Positions 32,455-43,471 of a stretch of 64,000 bases of DNA are shown here, one piece after another. Below the pieces are notes generated by a model. That model saw only the letters and a program-made list of their open reading frames with translations. It had not been told where the DNA came from and did no database searches. The position numbers were made by a program, and so were the translations under genes. How positions within the stretch are numbered: the first letter of the stretch is position 1; every line of letters begins with the position of its first letter. Source of the stretch: an uncultured Armatimonadetes bacterium (GTDB taxonomy: Bacteria > Armatimonadota > Hebobacteria > Hebobacterales > Hebobacteraceae); the NCBI GenBank assembly GCA_963716175.1, contig OY970296.1, positions 2,016,001 to 2,080,000 on the forward strand, written 5' to 3'.

Positions 32455-34267
32455 ATGGAATGGTACCGAGCTGTGCAGTTCGTTGCCGCCGTGCCGATGC
32501 CCGTTGAGTGGGCGAGGGAGTATGGCACCACGGTCAACGGGATGTGGGCCAATCCTGACCGCTGGGGCAAGGCCGAAGTTGGGCAGGCCCACGCCGAGGG
32601 CCGGCGTGTCCTCGTTTCCCTGCCGCTCATCGCGCTTGAAGCCCGCTACTATGAGCGCGAAGAGAACCGCTATCTCCTAGACGAGGCGTGCCGAGACATC
32701 TTCGGGAACAGAGCAGAGGTCAATTGGTACTACTGGGACTCAAAGCCTGTCTATTCGGTTTGCTTCTACAGCAGGACCTTCCGAGACTACCTGCTGGCGC
32801 GCTATCGCCGGGTGGCCGCCACTGGAGTGGACGTCCTCAGCCTCGACGAGGTCCAGACCCACATCGCGCTCATGACCCGCAACCCGATGGGATCAGGCTT
32901 CTGCCCCCGGTGCCTGGAGCTATTCTGCAAACATCTCGAAGGGGACGCAGCCGCACGCCGGCACGCTGGCGTGTCATTGGTGGCTGGTCTCCGCAAGGGG
33001 GACTGTGCGCTGCTTCTTCAGCGTCTGCGCGAAGATGACGATCTCTACCGGCAATACGTCGCCTTCCATGAGCAGGCCGCCTTCAAGACGATCGAGGAGT
33101 TCATAGGCGAACTGCGCGCGCTGGGCGACATGGCGATCACCGCCAACGTGGCAGGGCTCGGCATGGGCATAGGGCGGAACGCGCTCTGGGGCGCGCAGTG
33201 GGGCGAGCTGGTTGATTTCGTCCTGGCGGAAGAATACTACCTGGCGGCGCCCCGCGAGTTCCAGGGCAACACCGATCACCTGCTCCTTCCCCGGGGCAAG
33301 TTTCTGGCGTCCTACCGGCTTGCCTCCTCGTTCTCCTCACACGCGCCGGCCTGGCTGACGCTGCAGATCAATGCCCCGAAGCAGATGGCAGGCAAGAAAG
33401 CGCTCAACTACTACCTGCTGATGTTCCTGGAGGCCTACGCGAACAACGGGCGGTGGGGCTACTACTGGTGGCCGGGTGTGGACAAGGATGCCCGCCGGGC
33501 GGCGACCGCGCCAGAGGCGCTCAAGGGCTACACGCGGTTCATAACCGAAAACCGGCAGTATTACGAGCAGTGCACAACGGCAAACCAGCTCCTGGTAATC
33601 TACGCGGAACTCGGCCGTGCTGGCGAAGCCGAACGGCCACTTCGCCTACCTCGCGCTCGCACAGGCGCTGGCGGAGGCGGGCTACCAGTACGATGTCCTC
33701 TATTCTGGCGACGACGTCTTCACGCGGAGCAAGCTCGACCTCGCCACGCTCAACAGGTATCGCGCGGTGCTGGTCGCAGAGGCGGCCTACCTGACGGCGG
33801 ACCAAAGAGAGGCGCTGGCGACCTACGCCGAACGAGGAGGGAGAGTGATCGCCTACTCGGCCAACCAGATCGGCGCCGGTTCAGGGATCACGACGTTCAG
33901 CGATGACCGACTGATGGACTTCCGGCGTGAATACCGGGAGGACCAGCGGGCGCCCGTCGTCGCTCCGCTGGCTGAATTCGAAGCGGCACGTGTCAGGACG
34001 TCAGACCCCCTCGTCAACGTCGTTCGCTACCGGAAAGGCGATGAGCACATCTGCCACATCCTCAACTACGACTACCGGGAGGCCGATGACACCGTGGCCC
34101 CCAAGGAGAACGTAGAGGTTGCTATGGCCTGGCAGGACGAGGCCGTCCCGAGCATCCGCTGGCTGACCCTGGAAGGGGAGGAGCGCCTCCCAGCCCACCT
34201 CAATGACGGCCGTCTCGCCTTCACCATCCCGAAGCTCGACCCCTACGGGATCGCCGTCATCAAGTAA
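32455..34267 (+). pseudogene. Glycoside-hydrolase-like protein with trimerisation-type domain, frameshifted near 33605
   Basis: SGFCPRC TIM-barrel segment continues in a second frame (LAKPNGHFAY...LDPYGIAVIK). Confidence 0.7.
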
Positions 34268-34319
34268 CGAGCGCGTGTCCATCCCGCCCGCGCCACAAGA
34301 GCACCGCGAGGAGATCCCG

Positions 34320-36383
34320 ATGTCGAATTGGTTCGCAGACCACGCCCGCAACGTCCACATCCTCTACGTCTCGCCCGACTGGGCGAAGCGCCGCGGCCAG
34401 CGCTTCAACGCACGCCGCCTGGCCGACTCCCTGGCCGAAGCCCGCGTCCAGTGCGTGCAGTTCTACTGCAAAGACCACCACGGGATCTGCTACTTCCCCT
34501 GCTCCACCGGCCTCCCCTATGAGTTCGATGTCATCGGCCCGATGGTGGAGGCCTGCCATGCCGTCGGCGTGAAGTTCATGGCCTACTTCAGCGTCGGCTT
34601 CGACAACTACGCGCTGGGGATGCATCGCGACTGGATTCACGTCAGACCCGACGGCGAGTCTTGGCGTATGGGCCCCTTCTACTTCGGCTGCCTCGCCTCT
34701 CCCTACGGCGATTTCTCCCTCGCCCAGCTAGACGAGCTCGCGGCCGCCTACCCCATCGACGGGGTGTGGCTGGACATCATCCCCGTCGCCTGGCGGGAGT
34801 ACGAGAAACCCGTCTACGGATGGTGGCACGGCGAGATCTCCTATCCCTGTCACTGCCTCCACTGCCACCGCCGCTTCCTGAGCTCGTTCGGCCGCGACCT
34901 GCCTCCGCACCCGGCGACCGGAGAAGAGGAGATTGCGCTGTTCCATTTCGGCGTCGAGGGTGTGGAGAGCTATCTGAAGCAGGCGACGGATGTGATCCGC
35001 TGCCATCGCCCGCAGGCCGTGATCACCTACAACAACGCGGGAGTCCCGCAGGATCCCCTGGCGCTCTCGGATCTCGTGACCGTCGAGGCCCACGCCCCCT
35101 TCTACAAGAACCAGAGCTGGGCCGCCCGCTCCAGCCGGGCTCGCGGTAAGCCCTTCGAGGTCCTCATGCCCGGCGCCCTGCGCGGCTGGAATGGGTTCGA
35201 CCAGAAGCCGGCTTCCCTCATTCAGCTCGAGACTGCAATCCCTGCCGCACACGGCGGGGCCGCCACGGTAGGCGTCATCGGGCGGCCGGATGGCTCCATC
35301 GAACCAGGCGCTCTGGACGCCATTCGCGACTCCTTCACACGGATCAAGCAGCTCGAGCCGTACTTGAGCCATACAGAACCCGTCAGCGACATTGGGCTGC
35401 TTCTCCTCGTCGATCCCCTCAACCGCCCAAAGGAGGGCGTGCGCCATCTCGTCGAGGCGCATGCGCTGCACACGGCCATGGTGCAGGACCATCTCCAGTA
35501 CGAGATCCTCTACTCGGCGCGCGATGTCAGCCGCTTTCGCGCCCTTATCGCGCCAAACCTCACCTGTCTCTCTGAGGCCGAGGCGGCCGCACTGACCGAC
35601 TACGTGGCACAGGGCGGGAGACTGCTGATGACCGGCGAGATCGGAGCCTCCGATTGGGATGGCTCACACCACCTCGCGCCCGCTCTCGCCGCCCTCGCGG
35701 GGTTCTCGGATCGGAGTTGGGCGCCCTGGCGCTACGCCTTCGTCCGGCATGGCGACCCCGGTCTGTTCGAGGGCATTCCCGAAGTGCCGATGCGGATTGC
35801 GGGGCCAATCGCTCTCCTCGAAGGGGTGACCGGAGAGGTGCTCGCTACGGTCCAGCTCCCTGAGGCCCCGGCGACGGTCAACACCACTCTCCTCTGGCAC
35901 GAGCCCGCCGGTGACGAAGATCGGACTTATCCCTACGTGCTCAGGCGCGCTCACGGCAGGGGCCTTTGCCTCTATGCCGCCTCCCCCCTGGCCTCGTCGC
36001 TGACCACCTTCGACGGCATCGCTGGCGGCTGGGCCAAGGAGCTCCTGCGTAGGCTGCTACGAATGCTCCTCCCACAGCAGGAGCGCTGCCTGTCGATCAA
36101 TGCCCCCCCGGGCTGTGAGGCGGTACTGAACCGCAAGGGCAACCAGCTCGTCCTCAACCTCATCAACCACTATGCAGGACACCCCGATTACCTGCCGGTC
36201 GGTGGCGACGGGATCCACCTGGGGCCGTTCGACATGGTGCTGAGGGCCGGTGTGTCAGGTCCCGTTCGGGTCCAGCCGGACGGGGAAGAGCTACCCGCGG
36301 AGGCCGGGAACGGTGCGCTTCGCTTCACCGTTCCCCCCTTCGAGGTCCACCAGGTCATCACGATCGGGCCGGATGGTGGCTAG
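34320..36383 (+). CDS. Alpha-L-fucosidase-like/GHL6 glycosidase with beta-galactosidase trimerisation domain
   Basis: KDHHG, IDGVWLD and CHCLHC motifs. Confidence 0.85.
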   Translation: MSNWFADHARNVHILYVSPDWAKRRGQRFNARRLADSLAEARVQCVQFYCKDHHGICYFPCSTGLPYEFDVIGPMVEACHAVGVKFMAYFSVGFDNYALGMHRDWIHVRPDGESWRMGPFYFGCLASPYGDFSLAQLDELAAAYPIDGVWLDIIPVAWREYEKPVYGWWHGEISYPCHCLHCHRRFLSSFGRDLPPHPATGEEEIALFHFGVEGVESYLKQATDVIRCHRPQAVITYNNAGVPQDPLALSDLVTVEAHAPFYKNQSWAARSSRARGKPFEVLMPGALRGWNGFDQKPASLIQLETAIPAAHGGAATVGVIGRPDGSIEPGALDAIRDSFTRIKQLEPYLSHTEPVSDIGLLLLVDPLNRPKEGVRHLVEAHALHTAMVQDHLQYEILYSARDVSRFRALIAPNLTCLSEAEAAALTDYVAQGGRLLMTGEIGASDWDGSHHLAPALAALAGFSDRSWAPWRYAFVRHGDPGLFEGIPEVPMRIAGPIALLEGVTGEVLATVQLPEAPATVNTTLLWHEPAGDEDRTYPYVLRRAHGRGLCLYAASPLASSLTTFDGIAGGWAKELLRRLLRMLLPQQERCLSINAPPGCEAVLNRKGNQLVLNLINHYAGHPDYLPVGGDGIHLGPFDMVLRAGVSGPVRVQPDGEELPAEAGNGALRFTVPPFEVHQVITIGPDGG

Positions 36384-36440
36384 CGCTAGCGGAAGCGCGG
36401 TGGCGGCCTCGGGTGCACGATCCCACGAAGGCCGACTGAC

Positions 36441-38372
36441 TCAGAGCCGAACACCGAGAATACACGCCGTGATTGTGCGCAGGAAGACCACCACCGCGGA
36501 CCCGACAATCAGGCCCAGGAAGAAAGGCAGCGCCAATCGGTGGAGTCTCAGGCCGCCGTAGCGCATGATGAGGGCCTTGACCAGCCAGGCGATGAAGATG
36601 GCTGGCAGGAATCCATCCGTGACCCAGGCGCAGGCGATCGGCAACGCCACGGGATGGAGCGGAAACCCCACGAATCGCATCTTCAGCGCCATCAACGCCA
36701 CGGTGGCGATGATGCCGACTCCAACTGCGGCCAGCGCCGAGTAGTCCGGGCCGGTGGGATTGTTGAGAGCGTTGGCCAGCAGCTCGGGCACGTCGAGGGC
36801 GTGGTCACCCGAGCCGGGGTCGGCATTGGTCGCGACGCCGGCCCTGTAGACCACGTGGAGGGTCGCCCAGAAGACGCTCAACACAGCCACCGGGGTCATT
36901 GCCACCATCAGCCAGGCCAGCCTTCTCCGATCCATGCGCCGGCCCTCGGCGAGCTTGAACGCCTCCAAGGTCCAGGGCTGAGGACTGTAGTCGAACTCCC
37001 GTGTGACCGGGTAGGTGAGCCACATGATCCCCTGGGCCGGCCGTGACATGGACTTGGTGCCGATGACCATCGGAAGGAAGTGATTGGGCCCAATCCACCA
37101 CAGCTCGAACTCGGGGGGCGCAAGCTGAGCGCGTATCCGCGTCACCGCCAGGCCAAGCAAGAGGAACTGGGCGGCCCAGGCCAGCGTGAGGGGCGCGGTC
37201 ATGCCGCCGCGGGAGAAGAAGTAGATGAGAAAGCCGAGGGCGAGAGCCAGTCCGACCGCGGCGCCCCGGTAGCTGAGCGCCTCTCCCGAGTCGTCGAGGC
37301 TGGAGCGAAGTCCCAGCACCTTTCGAACGACCTGACGCAGATAGCTGCGGCCAAGCCATAGGACCGAGGCCACCAGCGCGATGAATCCGCCCAGCGACTG
37401 GTTGTCTATGTAAGGGAAGCCGGTGTAGATGTTCGTGGTCCAGGCGAAGTGACTCGCAATGATGAGCTGGGCCTTGAACAGGAGGTTGAAGAACCAGAGT
37501 GAGAAGGTGAGGTCGAGCGGCATGAGATAGCACACCCCAACCAGGATAGGCTCGGCGGTCATGTTGGATTCGCGAATCGCGTTCCAAGGTGGGAACTGCT
37601 GGATATAGGGGCCCAGAGCGACGCTAAACGGTAGGCCCGGGACCGCGGGACGCAATCCGTGGATGGTGTTGAGGGTCTCCATGGCACCGGCCAGCAGGAG
37701 CCCGGCCCACATCGCCTTGCTTGCAAACAGCCCGTGGCGTCTCTCGCTGATCTGGAGCGGGACGGCGGTGGCCGGGAAGAGCAGCCTCTCCTCATCACAC
37801 CAGCGCCGGCGAAAGATGGAGCTGAGGCAGACGAAGGCCAGCATCAGCGCGGTGACCATCGCGCTCCACCACAGCGCTGGGCCCAGCCAGGCAAGGACCA
37901 CCTGCGCGCGGTATAGGGTCGAATACCCCTCGAACAGCCCGCCGATCACGGCCGGATCGGAGACCGTCAGCCAGCTCGGCAGATAGGGGAGGACGAGCTC
38001 TGCCCACTGGTTTGAGGGGGTAGCGAACCAGAAGGGATTGGAGATCGCCTCCGGCAGGTCGGGCAGGAAGTCCACGCCACACCAGCACGTTGCCAGGGAG
38101 AGTACAAGGTAGATTGTGATCAGCTCCCCGGCCGAGAATGCCCACCTGGGACGCCAGCGGTGCAGGAGCCGATTCATTCCCACCAGTGCGACGAGATAGG
38201 CTATGCAGTTATGGTAGATGATGCCCGGGCCGACGTAGTATCCGAAGTGCCAGTAGGTGTAGGTTATCCAGTAGGCGTTGAGAGGGGTGGCGGCCAGACC
38301 GATGATCACAGCTCGGGCGCTCACGCCCCTGCTGCGCACTGGCCGAGGAGGCGATGTGCTGGCCATCGTCAT
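36441..38372 (-). CDS. Polytopic membrane protein (DUF6785/DUF6784-like)
   Basis: Many TM helices; W.DEERLLFP, FPLHPV and PFFLGLIVG motifs. Confidence 0.8.
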   Translation of the reverse strand: MTMASTSPPRPVRSRGVSARAVIIGLAATPLNAYWITYTYWHFGYYVGPGIIYHNCIAYLVALVGMNRLLHRWRPRWAFSAGELITIYLVLSLATCWCGVDFLPDLPEAISNPFWFATPSNQWAELVLPYLPSWLTVSDPAVIGGLFEGYSTLYRAQVVLAWLGPALWWSAMVTALMLAFVCLSSIFRRRWCDEERLLFPATAVPLQISERRHGLFASKAMWAGLLLAGAMETLNTIHGLRPAVPGLPFSVALGPYIQQFPPWNAIRESNMTAEPILVGVCYLMPLDLTFSLWFFNLLFKAQLIIASHFAWTTNIYTGFPYIDNQSLGGFIALVASVLWLGRSYLRQVVRKVLGLRSSLDDSGEALSYRGAAVGLALALGFLIYFFSRGGMTAPLTLAWAAQFLLLGLAVTRIRAQLAPPEFELWWIGPNHFLPMVIGTKSMSRPAQGIMWLTYPVTREFDYSPQPWTLEAFKLAEGRRMDRRRLAWLMVAMTPVAVLSVFWATLHVVYRAGVATNADPGSGDHALDVPELLANALNNPTGPDYSALAAVGVGIIATVALMALKMRFVGFPLHPVALPIACAWVTDGFLPAIFIAWLVKALIMRYGGLRLHRLALPFFLGLIVGSAVVVFLRTITACILGVRL

Positions 38373-38592
38373 GGAGGTTCCTCTGACGCCGAAGGGAAGC
38401 GAGGACAACCGTCAGCGTGTTGGCCGCGTCCCACCCACATGCCGCGCTGCTCTCCCTCTGAGATGGCCCTCGCGTTTCGGCTGCGCGTGGAGGCTGTGCT
38501 GCCCGCCGGGCGACGAGCCCTGGCTATCGGAGCAAGAGTCGCGGCCGCCCGGCAAAACCTGCGAGAAGGCCTTCTGCTTGCCGCCAGCTTTC

Positions 38593-38620
38593 TTGACAGC
38601 TACCCTGAAATCGTTATCAT
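38593..38620 (+). promoter_or_regulatory. Sigma70-like promoter upstream of the prepilin-like gene
   Basis: TTGACA-16 nt-TATCAT. Confidence 0.55.
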
Positions 38621-38986
38621 GTTACGCAGTCGGCAGTGATCATGTCAAGTCAGAGACCGGAGGGTGTGATTTCAGGTCTCTCCTCAGTGCGGTAGCGCAG
38701 GTCTCCTCGGCTGCGACCAGGCGCCAGAGGCGAGCGATACGGGCCTGTGACCAGGGAAAGAGGGCCACACCCGGATCGGACAGGTACTGCGCAGGCTACC
38801 TGAGGCAAGGTGTGAACTGGTCTGGTCCCGGCTGACCTGGCGAAGGCGGCAGGGGCCACAGGGTTCGAGTAGCCGAGCCGCCGGGAAGGAGGTGAGCCAA
38901 GACAGGGCAGAGGGCGGAGCTTGGGTAGGGAGCGGACAAGTGATGGTCTCGAGCAAGGCAGTGGGAGACCAGAGAGGAGATGGGCT

Positions 38987-40036
38987 GTGAAGCGCACGCT
39001 AAGGAGTAAGGGTTTTACCCTGATCGAGCTGCTGGTCGTGATCGCGATCATCGCGATTCTGGCGGCGATGCTCTTCCCGGTCTTCGCGCGAGCCCGAGAG
39101 TCCGCGCGCAAGATCCAGTGCCTCGCCAACGTGAAGAACATCGCCGTCGCGATCCAGCTGTATCTTGCCGACTACAGCGACACGCTGCCGCCGAAAGAGC
39201 ATCGCCAGGAAGTGCTGGATTACTTCATGGCCGGCCCTGGAGGCGGCACCTGGGATGAGTGTGAACTCGGAAGCCTCGAGAGCGCCAATCCTTACCTGAA
39301 GTGGCCTGTGGTGCTCGACGAGTACGTCAAGAACCGGGACGTATGGCGCTGCCCGAGCGGGCGGATAGTCCAAGGCGCCAGGTTTATCCTGCCTGGCCCA
39401 GACTGGCTTGGGCATCTGAAAGCGACCGAGGGGCTATGGTATCTAACCAATGACGTGCAATTCGGCCCCTGCTGGGGCTCTTGGCCAGTCGGATGGGGCG
39501 GCGACGTGACTGACTCCGCCCTGCAGGGACGCCTGGCCACTCCCTGGCTGGAGTCGGCGCCCGTGGCGCAAGGGGTCTTCCAGCAAGGCTACGCGTACAA
39601 CAGCGACCGTGCGCAACTCAAGATGGCCGCGGTGAACGACGCCGCCAGCTTCGTAGCAGTCGCTGATGGTGGCGTGATGCCAGAGTGGATTCACTTGGGT
39701 CTGTTGATGGCTCCAGAACTGTGCATGCTGGCGTGCAGCAATTGGGTGTGCAGTTGGGTGGACTGGCAGAACTGTGCGGAGTGGGCGGCGGATTGCGGGC
39801 TCTACTACTTCGCCCCGGCCGACGGATCCTTCCTGAAGAGCCCCGATCTGCGCAGGCCCTACGCCCACCATCTCGGCGGCAATAACGTCGGCTTCCTCGA
39901 CGGGCATGCTGCTTGGATGAACGGGGAGGCTATCCTCGCGGCGGTTAAAGCAGGGAAGCTGGAGGGAGTGGATGCCTTCCCCACCTCGGACTGCGGGTTC
40001 GCGCAAATGTACCCCGGAGTCCCGACTCTCTATTGA
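38987..40036 (+). CDS. Prepilin-type N-terminal cleavage/methylation, DUF1559, H-X9-DG protein
   Basis: [30 protein letters not shown] and [13 protein letters not shown] motifs. Confidence 0.93.
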   Translation: MKRTLRSKGFTLIELLVVIAIIAILAAMLFPVFARARESARKIQCLANVKNIAVAIQLYLADYSDTLPPKEHRQEVLDYFMAGPGGGTWDECELGSLESANPYLKWPVVLDEYVKNRDVWRCPSGRIVQGARFILPGPDWLGHLKATEGLWYLTNDVQFGPCWGSWPVGWGGDVTDSALQGRLATPWLESAPVAQGVFQQGYAYNSDRAQLKMAAVNDAASFVAVADGGVMPEWIHLGLLMAPELCMLACSNWVCSWVDWQNCAEWAADCGLYYFAPADGSFLKSPDLRRPYAHHLGGNNVGFLDGHAAWMNGEAILAAVKAGKLEGVDAFPTSDCGFAQMYPGVPTLY

Positions 40037-40089
40037 GCGGACTGGCTGCGGAGCGTCTCGCGCAGGATGCGGAGCGCACGCAGTGCTCA

Positions 40090-40424
40090 GGGGCAGAGCG
40101 CCTCCGGGCGGGGGTGCCCTGGAGGTATCAGATGTCCTGCAGGAAGCCGAAGAAGGAGGAGATGCAGGCGTACTTGCGGCGCAAGGTCAAGGGCGCTGGC
40201 TTTCTCAGGCTGACGCCGAACTGGACGATCATCTCTCGGGTGATCTGAGGTGGCGCAGGCACGCGCCCCAGTCGCTTCTCGAGGAATTCCCGGAACATCC
40301 GCATGTCCGTGCTGTAGGCGCGCACTGTCAAGGGGGAGAAGCTGCGATAGTCCTTGAGGTAGCTGAGGAACTCCTTCACCGCCTCATGGTACGACAACTC
40401 ATTCGTTGCTGCTGCTTCCGTCAT
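40090..40424 (-). pseudogene. N-terminal (SAM-like) fragment of a XerC/XerD-type tyrosine recombinase
   Basis: EFLSYL...SPLTVRAYSTD...TLRRKYACISSFFGFL; premature TGA at 40128-40130, then YLQG.P before similarity ends. Confidence 0.85.
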
Positions 40425-40431
40425 GTGAGCA

Positions 40432-40685
40432 CCCGTTCTGTCCGGAAACTCATCTGGCTCCCAGATCCCGTCTCATGGCATTCTCTACCCTCACGGACAC
40501 CCCCCTGTCCGGGAGGCCTAGAGGATGCAGAAGGGTAGCGATGGAGGGTTCAACTGGGCGGGCCTGCCCCTTGTCGCCACTGTGGCGCGCCTGCCGTCCC
40601 CACCCGCCGCAGAACCCCGAGCAGTGACTCCTGTGCCGAGGGGGTAGCCGGAGTCGGGGGCTGCCTGAAGCAGCTACAGGCGGTT
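40432..40685 (-). repeat. Dispersed element, full-length copy directly upstream of the recombinase ATG
   Basis: All three modules present on the minus strand; ends 7 nt before the ATG at 40424. Confidence 0.88.
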
Positions 40686-40844
40686 CGGGGAGCCGGGGCC
40701 ATACGATGTCTGCAGGCGCGTCTGCGCGGGACAGCACCGGTTACAACGCCGCGAGAGGCGCCACGTCGGTCCTGACCGGTTAGCGGGGTTCAACTCGGCG
40801 GTTCGTATCTGGGGGATGCTTCACACCGCTGGCGCCTACCTCAG

Positions 40845-41543
40845 TCAGGTCTCGCGCGGCGGGAAGTCCACCAGCCGGAAACGCTCCGACATCCAGAAGG
40901 TCTCGACGGCGTGACGGTTGGCCCGCCTGACTCGCTCGGCCTCCGCCTCGAACTCCGCCCGAGTCCTGCCGAAGAGCGTGTGCTGGGAGACCTGTGTAGC
41001 GTTGGCGAGCAGGGAGTAGTGGTCGTAGCCAGTCACATCGAAGGTGACGATGGGGCCGACAGCGCGAACCGAGGTTTCGACTTCCTTGTAGTAGTAGAGG
41101 TGGCGGACCTGCCAGGGGTCGCCCAGATCAGCGGCGACAGGCTGCCCCGCCTGCCAGACGGCGGGGACAGTGATCTGGTAGGTGGCGACGTGGTCCGGGT
41201 TGATGCCGGCGGGGCCGTGGGTGAACACGGCGTCCGGCTTCGCCTCCCGCACGGCGCGTATGCAGTCCTTGAAGACCTGCTTGCCGTGGACAAGGCCCAT
41301 GTCGGGGCAGTCGATGCGGAAGCGCTTGGTGACGCCCAGGACCTGGTCGCACTCCTGCATCTCGGCGGCGCGCATGGCGACGATGCGGTCTCGCCAGGCG
41401 GGATCGGGAAAGCCCTCGGAGCCGTCCGTCATGATGGCGACGAAGACCTGCACGCCGGAAGCGGCGAGTTTGGCCATGGTGCCCGCCATCTTGATCTCAT
41501 CGTCTGGGTGAGCGCCGAAGACGAGGATTCGCTGGTAGTTCAT
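40845..41543 (-). CDS. PIG-L family deacetylase
   Basis: AHPDDE and NPDH motifs. Confidence 0.92.
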   Translation of the reverse strand: MNYQRILVFGAHPDDEIKMAGTMAKLAASGVQVFVAIMTDGSEGFPDPAWRDRIVAMRAAEMQECDQVLGVTKRFRIDCPDMGLVHGKQVFKDCIRAVREAKPDAVFTHGPAGINPDHVATYQITVPAVWQAGQPVAADLGDPWQVRHLYYYKEVETSVRAVGPIVTFDVTGYDHYSLLANATQVSQHTLFGRTRAEFEAEAERVRRANRHAVETFWMSERFRLVDFPPRET

Positions 41544-41658
41544 AGCAATGCCTCCGCACAGGGTCGGGAGCTAGCCTTCGAGGTTCGGGGAGAGTTCCCT
41601 GTCCGTGTGCGAGCAGGCTTCGCTCCTTGGCTGCTGCCGCGCACGATGGCACCGGTTG

Positions 41659-41720
41659 CGCGACGGAACCCCGGACGCCGACTCCAAGCCGAGGGGACAG
41701 CCGGAGTCGGGGGGTGGCCG
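41659..41720 (-). repeat. Dispersed element, hairpin module
   Basis: Reverse complement CCACCCCCCGACTCCGGCTGTCCCCTCGGCTTGGAGTCGGCGTCCGGGGTTCCGTCGCG. Confidence 0.85.
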
Positions 41721-41865
41721 AGGTCGTCGAGCATAGCCCTTTTCCGGAAGGAGCAGGCACTGCTTCTGACAGCATGGCGGACACCGTACGCTGACGGTGT
41801 TTTGACAGTTGTGCCCGGCCACGCGACAATCCAGCAAGACAGAGACCCACCAGGGAGGCTTCCGA

Positions 41866-42762
41866 ATGACTGTGCAGAGCCTGACCGACGAGGTGCGGAA
41901 TGTCGCCACCGCCGCTGGCGCTGACCTTGTTGGCTTTGCCCCCATCTCTCGCTTCGCGGGTGCGCCACGCGAGTTGCACCCACACACCATCTTCCCCCAG
42001 ACGGAAACGGTGATCGCGGTGGCCGTGCGGCAGACGCGGGGCACGCTCAAGGCGGTGGAGGAGGGCACCTACTGGCAGGCGTACAATTGCGACTCGTACT
42101 GGTACCTCAATGAGGTCATCGCGCCCCGAGTGCTGCGAGAGGTAGTGCTGCTCCTGGAGGAATCTGGTTTCACCAGCGTCCCGTTCCACAACCCCTTCAT
42201 GCCGCACGTCGGCAGACGGGTGCGGGCTGACCAGCCGGCGGGGCCTGATGGCATGATGTCTCTGCGGGTGGTCGGGGTTGCGGCTGGGTTGGGCGAGTTG
42301 GGCCACTCGAAGCTCCTGCTGACCCCCCAGTACGGCCCGCGGCAGCGCGTGTTTGCGGTCCTGACGGATGCCCAGCTTTGCCCGACCCCACTTTCCAGGG
42401 AACAGATCTGCGACGGCTGCCTGGCCTGCGTCAACGAGTGCGAGGCCCACGCCATCGGCACTTGCCGGGAGGTCCGGTTCGCAATCGAGGGACGTGAGTT
42501 CTCTCACGCGCCGCTGGACGCCGAGGCATGTGGACGCGTGCACGTGGGTCGTGACCCGCGCTTCTCGCCCTTCTGGGCGGGCCCAGAATCCGAGGGTGAA
42601 CAGCCGAGCTACAATAAGTTCCTGCTGCACCGATTCCGACATCTCGCCATCTGCGTAGGTCGCGGGTGCGTGCGCGCCTGCCTGGATCATCTCGAGAGAA
42701 CGGGGCGCATCTCAGCCAGCTTCAAGACCCCGCTGATTGAGCGAGACAGGTGGAAGCTCTGA
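41866..42762 (+). CDS. 4Fe-4S protein of the QueG/reductive-dehalogenase-like family
   Basis: GADLVG, AAGLGELG, TPQYGPRQR and CDGCLACVNEC motifs. Confidence 0.85.
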   Translation: MTVQSLTDEVRNVATAAGADLVGFAPISRFAGAPRELHPHTIFPQTETVIAVAVRQTRGTLKAVEEGTYWQAYNCDSYWYLNEVIAPRVLREVVLLLEESGFTSVPFHNPFMPHVGRRVRADQPAGPDGMMSLRVVGVAAGLGELGHSKLLLTPQYGPRQRVFAVLTDAQLCPTPLSREQICDGCLACVNECEAHAIGTCREVRFAIEGREFSHAPLDAEACGRVHVGRDPRFSPFWAGPESEGEQPSYNKFLLHRFRHLAICVGRGCVRACLDHLERTGRISASFKTPLIERDRWKL

Positions 42763-42772
42763 CGGACGCATC

Positions 42773-42842
42773 CGCGACGCAACCCCGGACATCCACTCCC
42801 AGCCGAGGCTAGCCGGGGTCGTGGGGTGCCCGGGGCCGTCGC
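42773..42842 (-). repeat. Dispersed element, hairpin module
   Basis: Reverse complement GCACCCCACGACCCCGGCTAGCCTCGGCTGGGAGTGGATGTCCGGGGTTGCGTCGCG. Confidence 0.8.
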
Positions 42843-43142
42843 CCACGACACTCCCTCGGTGGCGGCGGTACTCCTGCTGTAGGTTAGCTCGGACGCTGAC
42901 ACTCATGTGGGCGGTGTCCGCATCAAGGCATGGCATTGGGCCAGGAACGCGAGTTCCGTCGCGAGGCGCGCAACCGTGACTATCGCACCACGTGGCCGAA
43001 GCGCACCCTCTCCGGGAGACTGGCGCATACAGCGCGTTCCCGGAACCTGGCGGCCAGGTCTGTCCCTCTCCCGTTCTACCCAAGATGCGGACCGTGATCG
43101 CCGCCCAGTCACTCCCTTTCGGCATGACGAACAGGCACTTGG

Positions 43143-43245
43143 CGTCACTGGCCTGGGTTCCGTCGCCACTCATCGCAGACGGCTCTTCCCAGACACGCGG
43201 GTCACCGCGTTCCGACTGGCGGCGTGATGTCAGGTTGGCTCGACG
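43143..43245 (+). repeat. Dispersed element, variant-tail partial copy matching 51623-51725
   Basis: GTCACTGGCCTGGGTTCCGTCGC...GACACGCGGGTCAC...GGCGGCGTGATGTCAGG. Confidence 0.75.
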
Positions 43246-43269
43246 GGCACCGGACGCGGACAGGCGCGC

Positions 43270-43344
43270 CTGTCCGCTGCGGGACACCAGTCCGAACATC
43301 AGGGAGAGGGGAGAGAACAACACAAGGATCACGTACCAGAACAT
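43270..43344 (-). pseudogene. Hydrophobic N-terminal scrap resembling the start of an integrase-core transposase
   Basis: MFWYVILVLFSPLSLMFGLVSRSG, after which coding sense is lost. Confidence 0.35.
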
Positions 43345-43471
43345 GGCCGGCAGGATGCCGCAGTGAGGGCGAGAAGTCAATGCCGAGGGTGACCAGGAGC
43401 CGAGGCGCCTGGCTTCCTGGATGCCTCAGACTAGTTCTGGTACACTTCGAGCACGGCGAGGAGGATCCACG

